A stretch of 64,000 bases of DNA. Origin: an uncultured delta proteobacterium (GTDB lineage Bacteria > Myxococcota > Kuafuiibacteriia > Kuafuiibacteriales > Kuafuiibacteriaceae). Location of the stretch: the NCBI GenBank assembly GCA_963803435.1, contig CAWDML010000008.1, forward strand, positions 576,001-640,000. The letters run 5' to 3'. Position numbers and translations under genes: made by a program. How positions within the stretch are numbered: the stretch's first letter is position 1; the number at the start of each line of letters is the position of its first letter. Of the stretch, positions 10,601 to 17,823 are shown in pieces. The notes under the pieces were generated by a model. It was not told the DNA's origin, made no database searches, and saw nothing but the letters and a program-made list of their open reading frames with translations.

Positions 10601-10843
10601 GGCGCCCAGCGAGCGAAGCTGGAATGTCTGCGCGACGGCGGGCCGCAGGCCGACCGTGAACGCGCCCTCCGCATCGTCCGGGAGACGCGCGGTCGCGACG
10701 GCGCCGCCGCAGGGCGACTCGAGCACGGCGGTGAGCTCGAGCTCGACGGTGGCGCGGTAGATGCTCTGGCCTTCGTCGCAGCTGCAACGGGCGAGCGCGA
10801 GCATCGGGAGGAGAGCGAGGAGAAGACGGCGGTCATGGATCAT
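7634..10843 (-). CDS. Large lipoprotein with tandem Ig-like (choice-of-anchor D/ASH-like) repeats and C-terminal vWA domain
   Basis: Signal peptide LLLALLPMLALARCSC, repeated (V/L)DFGxV modules, and MIDAS ILWVVDDSGSM near the C-terminus. Confidence 0.85.
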   Translation of the reverse strand: MIHDRRLLLALLPMLALARCSCDEGQSIYRATVELELTAVLESPCGGAVATARLPDDAEGAFTVGLRPAVAQTFQLRSLGAVSVTIASAELSAPSDDIAVALERDGAPVALPAVIPSEGPEAPGAQLRVTYTPIDDRVEELDLVIRSDDPERPEIRIGLVAGPGLLKVSPPEVDFGSVAIGDSKTEEVVIENAGRGTVALDALRIVSTSAELCAAEASDVPTGARCTRTPICPVLAGGQSLTVHVAYAPEDGGDDTGTLVIVANAGEGAGNVEVPLRGRGAGAALCTCIVDGGRCTPASTIDFGTVAAGTARSIDVRLQSCGTDAVGLVKAELEIDPSSPYFTDATFTIETPFQGALLDPGQSVDGTLQYRPGDTAAHTGGLRIEQSSPPRTFWVPLAGNTVGCDLEVLPNAVDFGVVPGGTVGMRNVLVSNSGARSCQVTAITDPSDGFAIEGKPALPLVIDSGNTLPITIAFAAPADIASTMHRSSFEISALADGVTEVAPVSLAAIAGGPAGCEVEVRPSGNTPFGDGMLSFGVLPTGQMRTRSVRIRNRGGDDCTLVRYQAVYDFPFGNPLFEAVPQALPSVIHPGEETTVDVTYTSEGSVGPNTLPIFNRLEITLSGPGLTKPDWEISLEAGEPLEPAIEVTPRELDFGIVTWDNPQPPDNRSSCGSRVRSLSIYSTGTDDLAISAVEETPDSDSLFQITEVRQNQSLLSAPYRNLLLTPGESLSVSLRFFPTRASPSDHVGTLLISNAVAPGVIAVPLDGEGRNNAVQTDVFNQTSGNMVDILWVVDDSGSMEEEQALLAQNFATFIGFADSLGIDYQTAVTTTEVNNLDSAGKIWACNGFDKIIRSTDPNRVPAFECAVAVSNPPNGNLPPNEGSSGEKEAGLGAAKLALSTPLVDHENAGFLRFDASLAVIIVSDEEDQSDGPVESYATFFRNIKGDENLVSVSAIAGDVPNGCPTADAGARYQMAALSLNGQFESICAQSWTNMLMNIGFDAFTRRTSWPLSREAEPGTITVRVGGATVPQGATDGWTYDAASNSVAFHGNGVPPDGASIEITYQVVCLP

Positions 10844-11264
10844 GGCGGGGACGTGGAGCGCACGATGTGGGCCGAGCGGCGCCCGCTGGGCTTCGGAGGG
10901 CGACATGCGCAGTCGGCTTGGCAACTGCTCGGGTCTGGAGTCCTGTCGACGACCGTCCTCTGTCCAAAAAAGAATCACCTCCCAACATTGACTGATGGCG
11001 CCGACTCGGTTCCTCCGTCGGCCTGCAGGGCCGCGGATGCGTGGTGTCCTCACTTCCAGGAATGGTGAAGCGTTCCTCAGGAGGGGTCATGGTTTGCAAT
11101 CCGGCTTGCGCCCGCGCCGAACCTGCTTCGTTTCAATGGACGATGGGTTTGGATTCCCAGGAACGAGGTCCCTATCGCCCGTGCTCCGGTTTTGAGAACG
11201 AACGCGTTGGTGGCCGAGAGGGGTACGCGGTCCCGGTTGCGTGCGGCCGCCGACGGATCGCTCA

Positions 11265-12443
11265 ATGAGTCGCATGATTCCAACCGACGAGATCGGCGAG
11301 TTGAAGCTCCTGAGATCGAATCACAGACTCTGGCGGTCCGAGTTTCTCGACGCCTGTCGCAAAGGCTGGCTGTCGCGCGACGATTTCGCCTTCTTCTTCG
11401 CGCAGTACTACCTCTACTCGAAGAGCTTCACGCGCTTCCTCTCGGCGGTCGCGGCCAGCTGCGAGAACGACTTCTATCGGGCTCGGCTGACCCAGAACCT
11501 CTGGGAGGAGGGCGGTGGAATCGCGCCCGAGAAGCGGCACTCGGAGATCTTCCGGCGCTTCCTGGTGGACGCGCTCGGGGTCGACCTGAAGCGGATCCGG
11601 TTCCTGCCGGCGACGCGCTACTTCGTGGATCAGATGCTTTCGTTCTGCCTCCACTCCACTCCGCTCGCGGGCTCGGCGTTCCTGTCTCTGGGGACCGAGG
11701 GCATCGTCCCCGACATCTACCGGATCTTCATCGAAGGCCTCGAGCAGGTCGGGATCCCGGAGGAGCAGCTCGAGTTCTTCCAGCTCCACATCGGCTGCGA
11801 CGACGAGCATGCCGAGACGCTGGAGGCGATGATGTGTTCGTATCGCGAGGTCCCCGGCTGGCGGGATCGATGCCTGGAGGCGATGAACCGGTGCCTCGAC
11901 CTGCGCGCCGACTTCTTCGATGCGATGACCGAGTCGCTCGCGCTGCGGCGAGTGGCCGGGCTCGCGTCCGACGTGGGACGCCGTGAGCGCCCCCTCCCGA
12001 GCGCCGCGGACGACGCGCGCTTCCTCCACCGCGGCGGCGGTGAGGGCGACCTGCTCTATCGGAATAGCAACGAGGCGGCCGGGATCCAGTTTCGCGTCGA
12101 GCGGCTCGGCTTCTCACCCGATGTGCTCGACCCGCGGCTGGTACGGGTGGCGGCCGGTCGCTCGAATGAGCTGCACAGTCACGCGCACGAGACGGTCATC
12201 CACGTGCTCGAGGGCGAGGCCGAGGTTCGGATCGGCGAGACCTCGTTCGCGGTGAATCCGGGCGATACCGTCTTCGTCCCGAGATGGGCGATCCATCAGG
12301 CCACCGCGCGCGAGGGGAGCGACCTCGTCTACTTCGCAGTCACCGACTACGGTTTCGCCAGCCGAGCCCACCGCGGCGACTATCTGGACGGACACCGGCA
12401 GCAGCCGGAGAACGATCGGAGCGCGCGGACCTGGAAGCGATAG
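11265..12443 (+). CDS. Heme-oxygenase-like diiron enzyme (PqqC/CADD/TenA-like) fused to C-terminal cupin
   Basis: Diiron ligand set NLWEEGG...RHSE, GTEG, LHIGCDDEH. Cupin motifs HSHAHET...GDTVFVP..AIH. Confidence 0.85.
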   Translation: MSRMIPTDEIGELKLLRSNHRLWRSEFLDACRKGWLSRDDFAFFFAQYYLYSKSFTRFLSAVAASCENDFYRARLTQNLWEEGGGIAPEKRHSEIFRRFLVDALGVDLKRIRFLPATRYFVDQMLSFCLHSTPLAGSAFLSLGTEGIVPDIYRIFIEGLEQVGIPEEQLEFFQLHIGCDDEHAETLEAMMCSYREVPGWRDRCLEAMNRCLDLRADFFDAMTESLALRRVAGLASDVGRRERPLPSAADDARFLHRGGGEGDLLYRNSNEAAGIQFRVERLGFSPDVLDPRLVRVAAGRSNELHSHAHETVIHVLEGEAEVRIGETSFAVNPGDTVFVPRWAIHQATAREGSDLVYFAVTDYGFASRAHRGDYLDGHRQQPENDRSARTWKR

Positions 12444-12449
12444 CGCCGC

Positions 12450-13400
12450 TCAGGCCTGGCCGGTCGTCGGTGCGGCCTGTTGCTGCTTGAGCGCGTTGAG
12501 GCCTCCGAAGGGACAGAGCAGCTTCATGGTCGCGAGCCCGACGCGGCCGATCGGGAAGCCCTGGCTCGAGCGGAGCGCGTGGACCCGCGCGTCGCTCGCG
12601 CCCTCGAGGAGGCTGTGCGCCGCCGCCTTGGCGACGCTCACGGGATCCGTCCCGGTGGGGACGCCGCCGGCCCAGCGGGTCAGCCGCTCGACCTCGGGCC
12701 CGAGGACGCCGCTCGAGTGCTTGCTCCCCGCCTGCAGCTTGCCCTCATGAAGCGCGTCGAGCACCGTGACCGCCGCCCGCTGCGCCCGGAGCTTGGGGAA
12801 CAGCGAGTGATCGTAGAGGCCGCGGATGTCGGCCGCGGTGACCTGGCCGCCGGTCGCCGAGAGCAAGAGCCCCCACTCGACGGGTGCGATCACCAGCCGG
12901 GTGGCCAGGCGCTCGAGCAGACCGAACGACTTGATGTTGCCGGTGTGGAAGGGCTGGAGCTGCTCGTTGAGGAAGCGGTTGAGCTCCTTGGCGCCGATGC
13001 TGCCGCCGTTTTCCTCGACGAAAGCGATCAGCTTGTCGAGCAGCTCCTTGTTGACCGAGCCATCCTCGTTGATGACGTTCGAACGCGCGTGTGTGAGCCC
13101 GACGCGCGAGAGGATCACGCACTGGTTGCCCAGCCCGTTTCCTGAGGACTGATGCGACGCGGGCGCGATGAAGAGGCGGGTCTCGAGGGGCTGCCCGGTG
13201 CCTCCCATCCGCGCCAGGCGGCTCGAGATCCACTCGGGGGTGAGCTGATCCATGGTGGCCAGCTCTTGCGGGCTCATGTCGAGCACCGACTGGATGTGCT
13301 TCTTGACCCACTCGTTGGGGTTGGTGTGCGGCTCGTTCGGGCCGCGGTCGCCCGGAAGTGAGAGATTGCTGAGGAGCTTCTCGGTGCGCCGGATGTTCAT
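12450..13400 (-). CDS. Caleosin/peroxygenase-like protein (divergent)
   Basis: VKKHI, THARSNVINEDG, EWGLL and IRGLYDHSLF align by eye with caleosin LQQHV, KHGSDSGxYDxEG, EWGLLY and IRxxFDGSLF. Confidence 0.55.
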   Translation of the reverse strand: MNIRRTEKLLSNLSLPGDRGPNEPHTNPNEWVKKHIQSVLDMSPQELATMDQLTPEWISSRLARMGGTGQPLETRLFIAPASHQSSGNGLGNQCVILSRVGLTHARSNVINEDGSVNKELLDKLIAFVEENGGSIGAKELNRFLNEQLQPFHTGNIKSFGLLERLATRLVIAPVEWGLLLSATGGQVTAADIRGLYDHSLFPKLRAQRAAVTVLDALHEGKLQAGSKHSSGVLGPEVERLTRWAGGVPTGTDPVSVAKAAAHSLLEGASDARVHALRSSQGFPIGRVGLATMKLLCPFGGLNALKQQQAAPTTGQA

Positions 13401-13403
13401 GGC

Positions 13404-13865
13404 TCAGGCCTTCAGGGACGCGGATCCGAGGCTCTCGACGTAGGTGTCCCGGACCGAGTCTGTGAACCGGCTCGACTCCGTGCACATCACGAGCGTGGTG
13501 AGCGTGTGGCCGTCGACTCTCATCGCCTGCATCTGCACGACCGTGAACTGCATGACTGGGAAGGCGTACTCGATCAGGACGCCGCGGACGCCGTCGGAGA
13601 ACTGGAGCTCGCTCACCTTCAGGCCCTGAATGCCCGCGATCCGCGCCAGGAGATCGTCGCTCGTGCGCGCCGCGATCGCCTCGAGATCGGGATCCTCGAC
13701 CTCGGCACGGGTGACGGTCAGGTTCGGACGCACGGCGGCCTGCGGCTGCATCACCTTCGGGTCGTTCAACCCGGGCGGGACCGCCACCCGAAACGAGGCG
13801 ACGACTTCCTCTTGGATGAAACCGGCCGGCGGATCGAACTGAAGCCCTTCGAGGCGGGTGCTCAT
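13404..13865 (-). CDS. DcrB-related / DUF1795-like protein
   Basis: 153 aa with FDPPAGF, RPNLTVTR and VVQMQAM, the same pattern as the gene at 1124-1564. Confidence 0.65.
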   Translation of the reverse strand: MSTRLEGLQFDPPAGFIQEEVVASFRVAVPPGLNDPKVMQPQAAVRPNLTVTRAEVEDPDLEAIAARTSDDLLARIAGIQGLKVSELQFSDGVRGVLIEYAFPVMQFTVVQMQAMRVDGHTLTTLVMCTESSRFTDSVRDTYVESLGSASLKA

Positions 13866-13869
13866 GGCG

Positions 13870-13910
13870 CTGGCATAACGTCGTTATGTAACATAGTCAA
13901 GTTATGCCAG
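13870..13910. promoter_or_regulatory. Inverted-repeat operator, probably for the adjacent TetR
   Basis: Perfect 10-bp IR CTGGCATAAC...GTTATGCCAG plus an internal CATAAC-gtc-GTTATG palindrome, in the AT-richer gap between divergent genes. Confidence 0.65.
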
Positions 13911-13930
13911 AGTAGAAGAACGAGTAGCAC

Positions 13931-14515
13931 GTGACCAGTCGACGCCACGATCACTCCGAGGCCACGCGCGTCGCGATCATCGACGCCGCCCGAGCGCTGT
14001 TCGCCTCCGACGGCTATCACGCGACCACGGTCGGTGCGATCGCCGGCGAGGCCCGCTGCACGAGCGGCGCCCTCTATCACCACTTCGGCGGCAAGAAGGA
14101 GCTCTTTCGGGCGGTCGTCGAGCTGGTGATGACCGATCTGATGTCGGCGGCGGGCGCCTCGCTCGGCGAGGCCCGCGATCCGTGGCAAGCGCTGAAGGCG
14201 GCCATCGACGCGGTCCTCGATCGCGCCCGGACCGTCGACGTACGGATCGCCTTCATCGAGGCGCCGACGGTGCTCGGGCTCGAGGGGTGGCGCGAGATCG
14301 AGAAGGCACACTCGACGTCCTTGCTGCAGGATGTCCTGCGCGCGCTGATCGCGAGCGGGACGATCGTAAAGCGACCGGTGCCGATGCTCGCCGCTGTCCT
14401 GCGGGGCGCGATCAACGAGGCCGCGATGGTGGTCGCGGAGTCGCCGCACTCGGACGCGGTCCGCCGCGAGACCGGCGCGCTCCTCGACGCGCTGCTCGAG
14501 GGCCTGCGCGCTTGA
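13931..14515 (+). CDS. TetR/AcrR family transcriptional regulator
   Basis: AARALFASDGYHATTVGAIA...GALYHHFGGKKELF helix-turn-helix. Confidence 0.95.
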   Translation: MTSRRHDHSEATRVAIIDAARALFASDGYHATTVGAIAGEARCTSGALYHHFGGKKELFRAVVELVMTDLMSAAGASLGEARDPWQALKAAIDAVLDRARTVDVRIAFIEAPTVLGLEGWREIEKAHSTSLLQDVLRALIASGTIVKRPVPMLAAVLRGAINEAAMVVAESPHSDAVRRETGALLDALLEGLRA

Positions 14516-14518
14516 ACC

Positions 14519-14588
14519 CTAGGAGCGTGTAGCGCGTAAGCGCTCACGCGACCCCGGTCCGGGTCCCGGTCCCGGTCCGGGTCCCGAT
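14519..14588 (+). repeat. Left terminal inverted repeat with (CCCGGT/CCGGGT)n array
   Basis: CTAGGAGCGTGTAGCGCGTA...CCCGGTCCGGGTCCCGGTCCCGGTCCGGGTCCCGAT. Its 20-bp and 36-bp blocks are identical to the reverse complement of 15435-15503. Confidence 0.95.
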
Positions 14589-14608
14589 CTGAAGATGGCT
14601 GCCTTGAG

Positions 14609-14939
14609 TCAGACGCTCACGACGGTCGCGAGCTTCGATCGGTAGAGCTTGAGCAGGTTGTGGGTGAGGCAGACGAGCGTCCACTCGGCTCGTACCTTGA
14701 AGAAGGAGCGGAGCGAGAACCGGCGGAATCCTCGTGCCCCTTTTGATCTGTCCGAGCGCCGGTTCGACGATACTCTTCCTGCGGGCGTAGACCGCCTTGC
14801 CGTCGCGCGTTTGCAACTTGTCTCGCATTCGCTTGCGAGCGAGCGAGGCCGCGAGATGATCTTCTGGGAGCCACTCGAGAGGGGACGGCGGGAGCAAGAA
14901 CGATTGTCTCGGAGTCCAAGAACGGTATTGCTTCGCCAC
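14609..14939 (-). pseudogene. IS1182-family transposase remnant (internal deletion plus frameshift)
   Basis: The N-terminus QSFLLPPSPLEWLPEDHLA is joined directly to the C-terminal YARRKSIVEPALGQIK / RGFRRFSLR...EWTLVCLTHNLLKL. Only ~110 codons remain, with a frameshift near 14740. Confidence 0.85.
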
Positions 14940-15060
14940 GAAACCATGGGATCAAGTCCAGGCGTCGAAGTCGATCCGCCCAACGATCGATTCCAGACGA
15001 AACGACCTCCAAGAACTTCTGCTGGTCAAAGTGGACGAGAAATACCGCAAGCTAGCTTGC

Positions 15061-15429
15061 ATGGTCACTTTCGATCACGAGAAGCTCGAGGTCTACCAGC
15101 CCGCCGTCGAGTATGCCGACATCGCTGAAGAGATCGCACAAGAACTGCAACCCGGTCACGCTCACGTCCGCGATCAGCTTCGGCGGGCATCCGATTCCAT
15201 CGTGAACAACACCGCCGAGGGCGCCGGAGAGTTCAATCCACCTGAGAAGGCTCGCTTCTACCGGATGGCACTTCGCTCTGGCACCGAAAGCGCCGCCTCA
15301 CTCCACACCTGCTTGAGGCGCCGACTCGCCAACGAGCAGAAGGTCCAAGCCGCCAGAGCCAAGCTCAAGCGCGTTGTCGAGAGGCTCACGCGCCTCATCA
15401 AGTCGATGAACGCACGCCGGGCTGCATGA
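15061..15429 (+). CDS. Four helix bundle protein (23S rRNA intervening-sequence protein family)
   Basis: FDHEKLEVYQ...DQLRRASDSIVNNTAEG...KARFYRMALRSGTE. Confidence 0.92.
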   Translation: MVTFDHEKLEVYQPAVEYADIAEEIAQELQPGHAHVRDQLRRASDSIVNNTAEGAGEFNPPEKARFYRMALRSGTESAASLHTCLRRRLANEQKVQAARAKLKRVVERLTRLIKSMNARRAA

Positions 15430-15434
15430 TCGCC

Positions 15435-15503
15435 ATCGGGACCCGGACCGGGACCGGGACCCGGACCGGGCTCGCGGTCGCGCTACGCGCTACACGCTCC
15501 TAG
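15435..15503 (-). repeat. Right terminal inverted repeat
   Basis: ATCGGGACCCGGACCGGGACCGGGACCCGGACCGGG...TACGCGCTACACGCTCCTAG. Confidence 0.95.
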
Positions 15504-15589
15504 TGCGTCTTCTCGTTCACACATTATCTCAGGCCGGTAAGCGCGCTCCCCGCGTGGATGAGCGATGGTAGGCGCAAGGAGACCTCGCC

Positions 15590-15808
15590 ATGCTAGGAGC
15601 ACTTCTCAGGGGCGCGAAAATGTTGGTCGGCGGCAAGTACCAGTGGAAGACGATTCTCACCGGGCTGGCTGCTTTCAATCTGCTGAAGCCGAAGGGGCGG
15701 ATGAACCCCGCCTACCAGCAGATGTCGATGTACCAGGGCATGAACCCCGGCATGGGCATGAACTCCGGCGCGGGGATGACCCCCGGCGGGACCCCGGGCG
15801 TCTACTGA
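15590..15808 (+). CDS. Small Met/Gly/Pro-rich protein (72 aa)
   Basis: SD AAGGAG before the ATG. Amphipathic N-terminus and MNPGMGMNSG-like tail. Confidence 0.65.
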   Translation: MLGALLRGAKMLVGGKYQWKTILTGLAAFNLLKPKGRMNPAYQQMSMYQGMNPGMGMNSGAGMTPGGTPGVY

Positions 15809-15815
15809 GCGAACG

Positions 15816-16271
15816 ATGATGCCCGAGCACATCGAGCCCCATCCCATCCGGGAGTTGATCGAGCATCTCCTCTCGGATGGGGACCCGGGCGAGGAGCGGA
15901 TCGTCCTGCGGAACGAGGCGCGCGCGCTCCTCGAGCAGGCCATCGATGCGTACGCGAAGGCATGCACGCCCGAGTTGATGTTGGTGGCGCAGACCGTCTT
16001 CAGCATCGCGGACTGGCTCGAGGCTCAACGCTGCACCGGCACCGCCGAGGCCCTCTGTGCGGTCCTCGATCGGGCGCACGTGCTCTCCGCCATGCAGGTG
16101 CTCAACGAGCGGGTGCGGACCGAGCGCGGCACGCTCGAGATCGGGACGCCCGGTGATGCGTTCGCCTCGTTCGAGTCGCGCGACACCGGCCGCCGCGCAC
16201 CGGCGTTCCATGCGACCACCCCGGTCAACGCCGTGAAAGCGGGCAGCCTCGACTTCCCCAAGCGCCTCTGA
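15816..16271 (+). CDS. Hypothetical helical protein
   Basis: 151-aa ORF 7 bp downstream of the small gene, with coding-like codon usage. Confidence 0.7.
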   Translation: MMPEHIEPHPIRELIEHLLSDGDPGEERIVLRNEARALLEQAIDAYAKACTPELMLVAQTVFSIADWLEAQRCTGTAEALCAVLDRAHVLSAMQVLNERVRTERGTLEIGTPGDAFASFESRDTGRRAPAFHATTPVNAVKAGSLDFPKRL

Positions 16272-16377
16272 TCGCGGCGATCCGTCGCGCTGTACCGACC
16301 ATCAGAACTGTACGACGGTGCTCATCGGGATGTCGGACGATGTCTGGTCCGGACCCCGAATGCTGCCATCCGGCGCG

Positions 16378-17823
16378 ATGCGACCGACGATCGTGCTGCT
16401 GGCGACCGCGCTCATGCCGGGGACCGCGTTCGCCGCCGATGTCGGGGAGATCGCGCTGGTGCCCGACGTCGGCGGTCAGATTCAGCAGACGATCTTGATC
16501 GGGAGCCGCTACCTCGGTCGCGCCGCCTGCGCGTTCTACCAGACCCACGCCGATCGGTACGACGTCCTCTTCGTCTTCTCTGCGATCCCGCTGAACGGGT
16601 TCACACGGACGCAGGAGGGCTGGTCGCTCCGCAGCGCGGCCATGGGGATCGGGCGCGACATCTACTTCGACACCACGGACAACTTCTGCACCACGCGTCT
16701 TCGCCATGCGGTCAAGATGGGCGATATCGTCTCCTTCAGCGACGATCCCGACGCGGTCTACACCGGTGCCATCGGCTTCACGCTCAGCGGCGTCCAGCTG
16801 ATGGGCCACGAGTTTGGTCACCAGTGGCTGGCCGGAGTGACGTTCGATCAGGGCGACGGGCGGCGCCGGTGTCTGCTTCGCGGGTTCAACCAGCCGGAGG
16901 AAACGCCGACGAACGCCGACTGCGAGGGCTACCGAAACAGCGACTTCAACATGCATTGGTCGTACTTCTTCAACACCGGCTCGGTGATGTACGGGAACGT
17001 CATCGAGGATCTGGGCGGCGGCCAGTTCAGGCTCACCAACCCGGGCGCCAAGTACTCCGAGCTCGACCAGTACCTGATGGGCCTGCGCGATCCGAGCGAG
17101 GTGTCGCCGATGTTTCTCGTCGATGTCGGTCCGCTCTCCTCGGACTCGACGCAGTTCCCGGTGCCCTCCGGTCAACCCGAGATCATCTCGGGCGAGCGAC
17201 TCGACTTCACGATCGAGGACGTGATCCGCGCCGAGGGCCCGCGCGCGCCCGCCACCGATCAGTGTCACTGGAAGGCCGCGTTCCTGATCGTGCACGAGGA
17301 TGGATCGCCGCCGACAGCCCAGGAGATCGCGCGCGTCGACGCTTACCGCCGCCGATGGGAGACGTTCTATCCCGACGCGACCGATCGGCGCGGATCATTC
17401 GATACCACGCTGTCGGGCACCGGGAACGGCACACCGGAGTGTCCGGCGACGGTGGAGCCGCCGTTGCCCGACGCGGGCGTGGCTCCCGATGCTGCGGCCG
17501 AGGTCGACGCTGCCGCCGCGCCCGACGCCGGCGCGCTCGACGCCGCGGCGGCCGACGCCTCCGCCGCCCACGGGCGGGACGCCGCGTTCCCCGACGCGCC
17601 TGAGGAGAAGGAGGAGGACCCGGGCGTCCGGTTCCTGCAGACGGGGGACTGCGACTGCACGACCACGACCGGCCGCGGCTCCGCGCTGTGGATCGCCGGC
17701 GTCCTTCTCCTGTTCGTGCGCAAGCTCAGGGGGTGTGGCTCATCTGGTCGAACTCCTCGCCGAACATCTCCTCCCAGGCCTCCAGACGGCGTACCGCGCC
17801 CTGCACGAAGGTCGTCCTGCTGA
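16378..17823 (+). CDS. Secreted zinc metalloprotease-like protein with MYXO-CTERM-like tail
   Basis: Signal peptide, HEFGHQW zincin motif, Asp-Ala linker, and GDCDC...LWIAGVLLLFVRK tail. Confidence 0.8.
   Translation: MRPTIVLLATALMPGTAFAADVGEIALVPDVGGQIQQTILIGSRYLGRAACAFYQTHADRYDVLFVFSAIPLNGFTRTQEGWSLRSAAMGIGRDIYFDTTDNFCTTRLRHAVKMGDIVSFSDDPDAVYTGAIGFTLSGVQLMGHEFGHQWLAGVTFDQGDGRRRCLLRGFNQPEETPTNADCEGYRNSDFNMHWSYFFNTGSVMYGNVIEDLGGGQFRLTNPGAKYSELDQYLMGLRDPSEVSPMFLVDVGPLSSDSTQFPVPSGQPEIISGERLDFTIEDVIRAEGPRAPATDQCHWKAAFLIVHEDGSPPTAQEIARVDAYRRRWETFYPDATDRRGSFDTTLSGTGNGTPECPATVEPPLPDAGVAPDAAAEVDAAAAPDAGALDAAAADASAAHGRDAAFPDAPEEKEEDPGVRFLQTGDCDCTTTTGRGSALWIAGVLLLFVRKLRGCGSSGRTPRRTSPPRPPDGVPRPARRSSC

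Larger units (their letters stand above)
14519..15503. mobile_element. Non-autonomous IS1182-derived element carrying a four-helix-bundle passenger gene
   Basis: CTAG at both ends, ~70-bp inverted repeats, a deleted transposase and a divergent cargo gene. Inserted 3 bp after the TetR stop. Confidence 0.8.

Noticed and set aside
7700-11068. Long antisense ORFs (also 25823-27910, 30740-33679, 37943-40798 and many others)
   Set aside because: Shadow ORFs of high-GC genes on the opposite strand, with no motifs and Arg/Gly/Ala-rich translations.
1124-13865. Type VI secretion locus inferred from two DcrB-like genes
   Set aside because: No VgrG, PAAR, Hcp, Rhs or Tss genes are recognisable.
14553-14588. 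CRISPR array or coding repeat from the CCCGGT/GGGACC runs
   Set aside because: These are short tandem hexamer-like units without spacers, and no cas genes are present. They are part of the terminal inverted repeats.
15061-15429. Diversity-generating retroelement (four-helix bundle as Avd)
   Set aside because: No reverse transcriptase and no TR/VR repeat pair with A-specific mismatches in the window.
15590-15808. RiPP precursor
   Set aside because: No adjacent modifying enzymes, transporter or recognisable leader motif.
17460-17600. DNA repeat element
   Set aside because: It encodes an Asp-Ala/Pro low-complexity linker typical of myxobacterial exported proteins; the same applies at 53030-53160.
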